NCBI GenBank assembly: GCA_907165135.1
Contig: OU015568.1
Location: 186,001 to 250,000 of the forward strand
Direction of reading: 5' to 3'
Length of the DNA: 64,000 nucleotides
DNA from: Oikopleura dioica
Lineage: Eukaryota > Animalia > Chordata
Shown here: positions 61,386 to 64,000 of the stretch, piece by piece
Numbering within the stretch: position 1 is the stretch's first letter
Layout of the letters: every line of letters begins with the position of its first letter
Made by a program: the position numbers and the translations under genes
The notes under the pieces: generated by a model
Databases searched by the model: none
The model's input: the letters and a program-made list of their open reading frames with translations, nothing else
What the model was told of the DNA's origin: nothing

Positions 61386-63559
61386 TATCTTAGTTGGAAA
61401 GAAGCACGCTAGTGCACTTCAAACTGCTGAATGCGTTTCAAGGTGCTGCAAATCTGAAGTTCACTGCAAGAAGTGCACTTCATTCTGAAGCACACTTGAA
61501 GTGCACTTTTACCAATTCTGGTCTTAACCCCTTAAAGCTTGTGCATTATTGTTTGAATTTAGGCGAATAGCAAGAAAAAATTTTTCAAAAATTTTTAGTC
61601 GAGAGGGGGTCTAGTAAAATTTTTTTGTGTTGGCTTGTTCATTTTTCTGTTTTTGAAAAAATTATTTCCTGTCTCCTTACCCGGACCAAAATCCTTACCT
61701 GGACCATTTCCTTACCTGGACCATTTTTGATTTTGGTTCAGGTAAGGAAAATGGTCCAGGTAAGGATTTGCTCCAGGTAAGGATTTGGTCCAGGTAAGGA
61801 TCAACCGAAAATTTAAGCTCGAGTCATAATTAATTGTCAGCTGCTATCATTGTTATTTTACGAGTTATGCGTTCGTTAAAAATTACCGAAAAAATTTTTC
61901 GGCTCAGATTTTTTCATCCGGGGCTTTTAGAAAGCTTAGAGAATGAGGATCATCATGATATTCTCGGTTTTACATGAATCTGTCTAAAAACATTTTTAGA
62001 GCCGAAAATGTGTCGCTCAGTTTCAAAAAATGCTAATTTACGGTGTAATAACAAGGATACTTTTTTCAAAAATTAAATTCCATACGAAATGTAATTCAAT
62101 CTCAAAAATCTCTTGACAAAATAAAGATAAGAGTCTGAATTTTCACATAAAAATATAAAGAAGGTATGTTTACAAGCTCATTTCTTCGGAATTGAAGCCT
62201 CTTCTAGGCCCATTTTCACCATTTTAGGTCGAGATCACGACTTCGAGCCAATTTTTAAAACAAAAAATCTTTATAAATCCAAATTTCTTTTTGACAAAAT
62301 GTAGAACTAGGATGGATCTTTGCACTAATGTAGGCGAATTTTTTCCACCACTTCTATATCATGAGGAATTGAGCCCTAGTTAGAGCCTCGCCGACACCCG
62401 TACCCTTAAGTGCCTCAAACGCCCAGTTGGGCAATAATGTTCGGTTTTTAAAACGAGTGACGAAGAGTTCAATTTTCAGTATAAAAATTTATGCGCGATT
62501 GGGGGTCGAGTACAATAATGTTTTGAGTAAATGTGTCAATTTTTGTTTTTGAAAATTTTTATTTCGAATTTCCTTACCTGGTACAAAAATCCTTACATAG
62601 TACAATTTAATTTTTGTACCATGTTAGGAAACCCCACATAGGCACATGGTACTTTTACGGGCTTCCTCGCGATGGTATTTCCCGCTGAAAAATGTAAGTA
62701 TATATGCTCTTAATGGGAAGCAAAATTGTTCTTCACGAGCGGTAGAATAAGCCACTCCGGAAATGATAGAATAATAAATTAGCAGAGGCAACTAAGAGCC
62801 TAGTCATCAAAAATTCTCCTACCACCTAAATTCTCTTCACTCGCAGCTATTTAAGTAGCAGACAATTGAGAACCCAAATCAATCGCAACTAATTTAAAAT
62901 ATAAATTTCTCCGATTTTTCAACGAATTCTTCAAACACCAACTGCAACCATCAAGACTTCTTTTCCTCAGCAAAGATATCTTTCATCGCACAATTCGACC
63001 TTGCCCTCTCGAAAATACACACAACATTCTGCGCGATGAAGATTTTTCAACTTTTGCTCTGGCGATGTCTGCTCCTTTAGATACGGTAAAAATTCACAAA
63101 ATCACAGTTGGATGGCTTTAATGCAATTAAAATTATCAGGAATCATTTTTACTCTTTTCATTTTAAGGCGAGCAGAGACTGCGGTCGATCGAGACGATGT
63201 GCGGCTCTTCGTCATCATTACAATAGAAATAGAGGTGAGAGATGAAAATGTGTGGGAGCAGAAAAAGTGTAGTCCGCGGCTTATGATTAATCACCCAGAA
63301 TCACTGACTAATTTTTTAAGAGTCTTCAACCCGCGAATGCGCAAACTACTTCTGCAGCTGGGGATACTGCACTTGTTTCCGATGGATAACTGCATAGTCA
63401 ATTATTAAATTGTCTAAGAAAAATTATAAATAAACTTGAGACGACTGTAAATTTGAGATTTTATGATAAAGATATTAATAAAATCATGACATGATATTAT
63501 GATTAAACTTAAAAATTTTATTAAAAAAATCTTTTGTAAAGACCTACTCAAAGATCATC

Positions 63560-64000
63560 GATTTGTTTAAACTAATTTGTTGAGCAAGATATTCTTGTAA
63601 TAAATTTAGGGCCAATCAAATAATTAATGATACTCGATTAGTATAAAAATGAATAGTCGATAGTCTATCGACGATAGAGTTTCCTTTTAATGACCTTTTA
63701 ATGAGAGGCTACTAATTTTAAGGATAATCGATCAATTTCCTTTTTACTCGTAAAATGAACGATGAGTCTGAAAAGACAACTTTTAAACCGCAAAGAGAAT
63801 TTAGAAATATGATATTTCAAATATCCGGAAAATTATGAAACATAAGGCCTTTTTGATGAGGCTTTTATTCTTACCTATTTTAATAAGCATTTTCTTTAGA
63901 ATTTTGAGAAAAAGCTTTTTTGAAAATGAAGCCAGAACAACATGAACACCTGTCCCTGGACAGAATCAATAAAATTCTGATGTCCGCCAGATTCGCAACT
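63560..64000 (+). pseudogene. Inverted duplicate of the lipase promoter and 5' CDS (ATG 63856), frameshifted; continues beyond the window
   Basis: Reverse-complement match to about 47920-48630. T6 at 63916-21 versus T5 in the intact copy gives an early TGA. Confidence 0.8.

Larger units (their letters stand above)
57535..61806. mobile_element. Nest level 3: long-TIR element with 9-bp TSD (Mutator-like)
   Basis: TIR GGTTGATCCTTACCTGGACC with about 16-bp subrepeats; TSD GAAAATTTA at 57526-34 and 61807-15. The left TIR resumes after level 4 (60315 onward vs 61580-61625). Confidence 0.85.
57450..62405. mobile_element. Nest level 2: Kolobok-like element
   Basis: TIR GGGTACGGGT(C/G)TCGGC; TTAA at 57446-49 and 62406-09. 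Confidence 0.8.
57046..62635. mobile_element. Nest level 1: GGGG...CCCC element with 8-bp TSD (Merlin/Mutator-like)
   Basis: TIR GGGGTTTCCT(T/A)ACATGGTACAAA; TSD ACATAGGC at 57038-45 and 62636-43. Confidence 0.85.

Noticed and set aside
63112-63408. THAP-like start (GNKCSIPSC) on the minus strand
   Set aside because: The remaining THAP residues (W, CSxHF, AVPTIF) are not found in frame.

Overview
This is eukaryotic, AT-rich, very compact DNA. Introns are about 40-60 nt, several splice donors are non-canonical (GA/GC/GG), and it carries a Cys-rich/kelch-like gene family, all of which point to the larvacean tunicate Oikopleura dioica (inference, not verified). Bases 1-44.7k are largely a collage of duplicated and often decayed genes: a kelch-like pair, ANKRD13, a tandem coiled-coil pair, a LisH-UBZ gene, an apparently intronless P4-ATPase fragment, the 3' end of V-ATPase subunit C, the 3' half of ALKBH4, a BRCA2-like gene, a C2H2 zinc finger and a RUN-RhoGAP. 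Bases 45-56k hold secreted or membrane genes: a C-type lectin, a class-3 lipase, an actinoporin/conoporin-like pore-forming protein and a multicopper oxidase. Non-autonomous DNA transposons (MITEs) with intact TIRs and TSDs are abundant, culminating in a 7-level nested insertion at 57046-62635. The main leads are the actinoporin-like gene, the MITE nest, a MITE in a BRCA2 exon that could be spliced out through cryptic GC-AG sites, a Penelope-type minimal hammerhead ribozyme, a fixed-spacing composite upstream motif present three times, and a LisH-like module shared by unrelated genes. All protein identifications come from motif recognition by eye; no database searches were run. No rRNA, tRNA or CRISPR was found.
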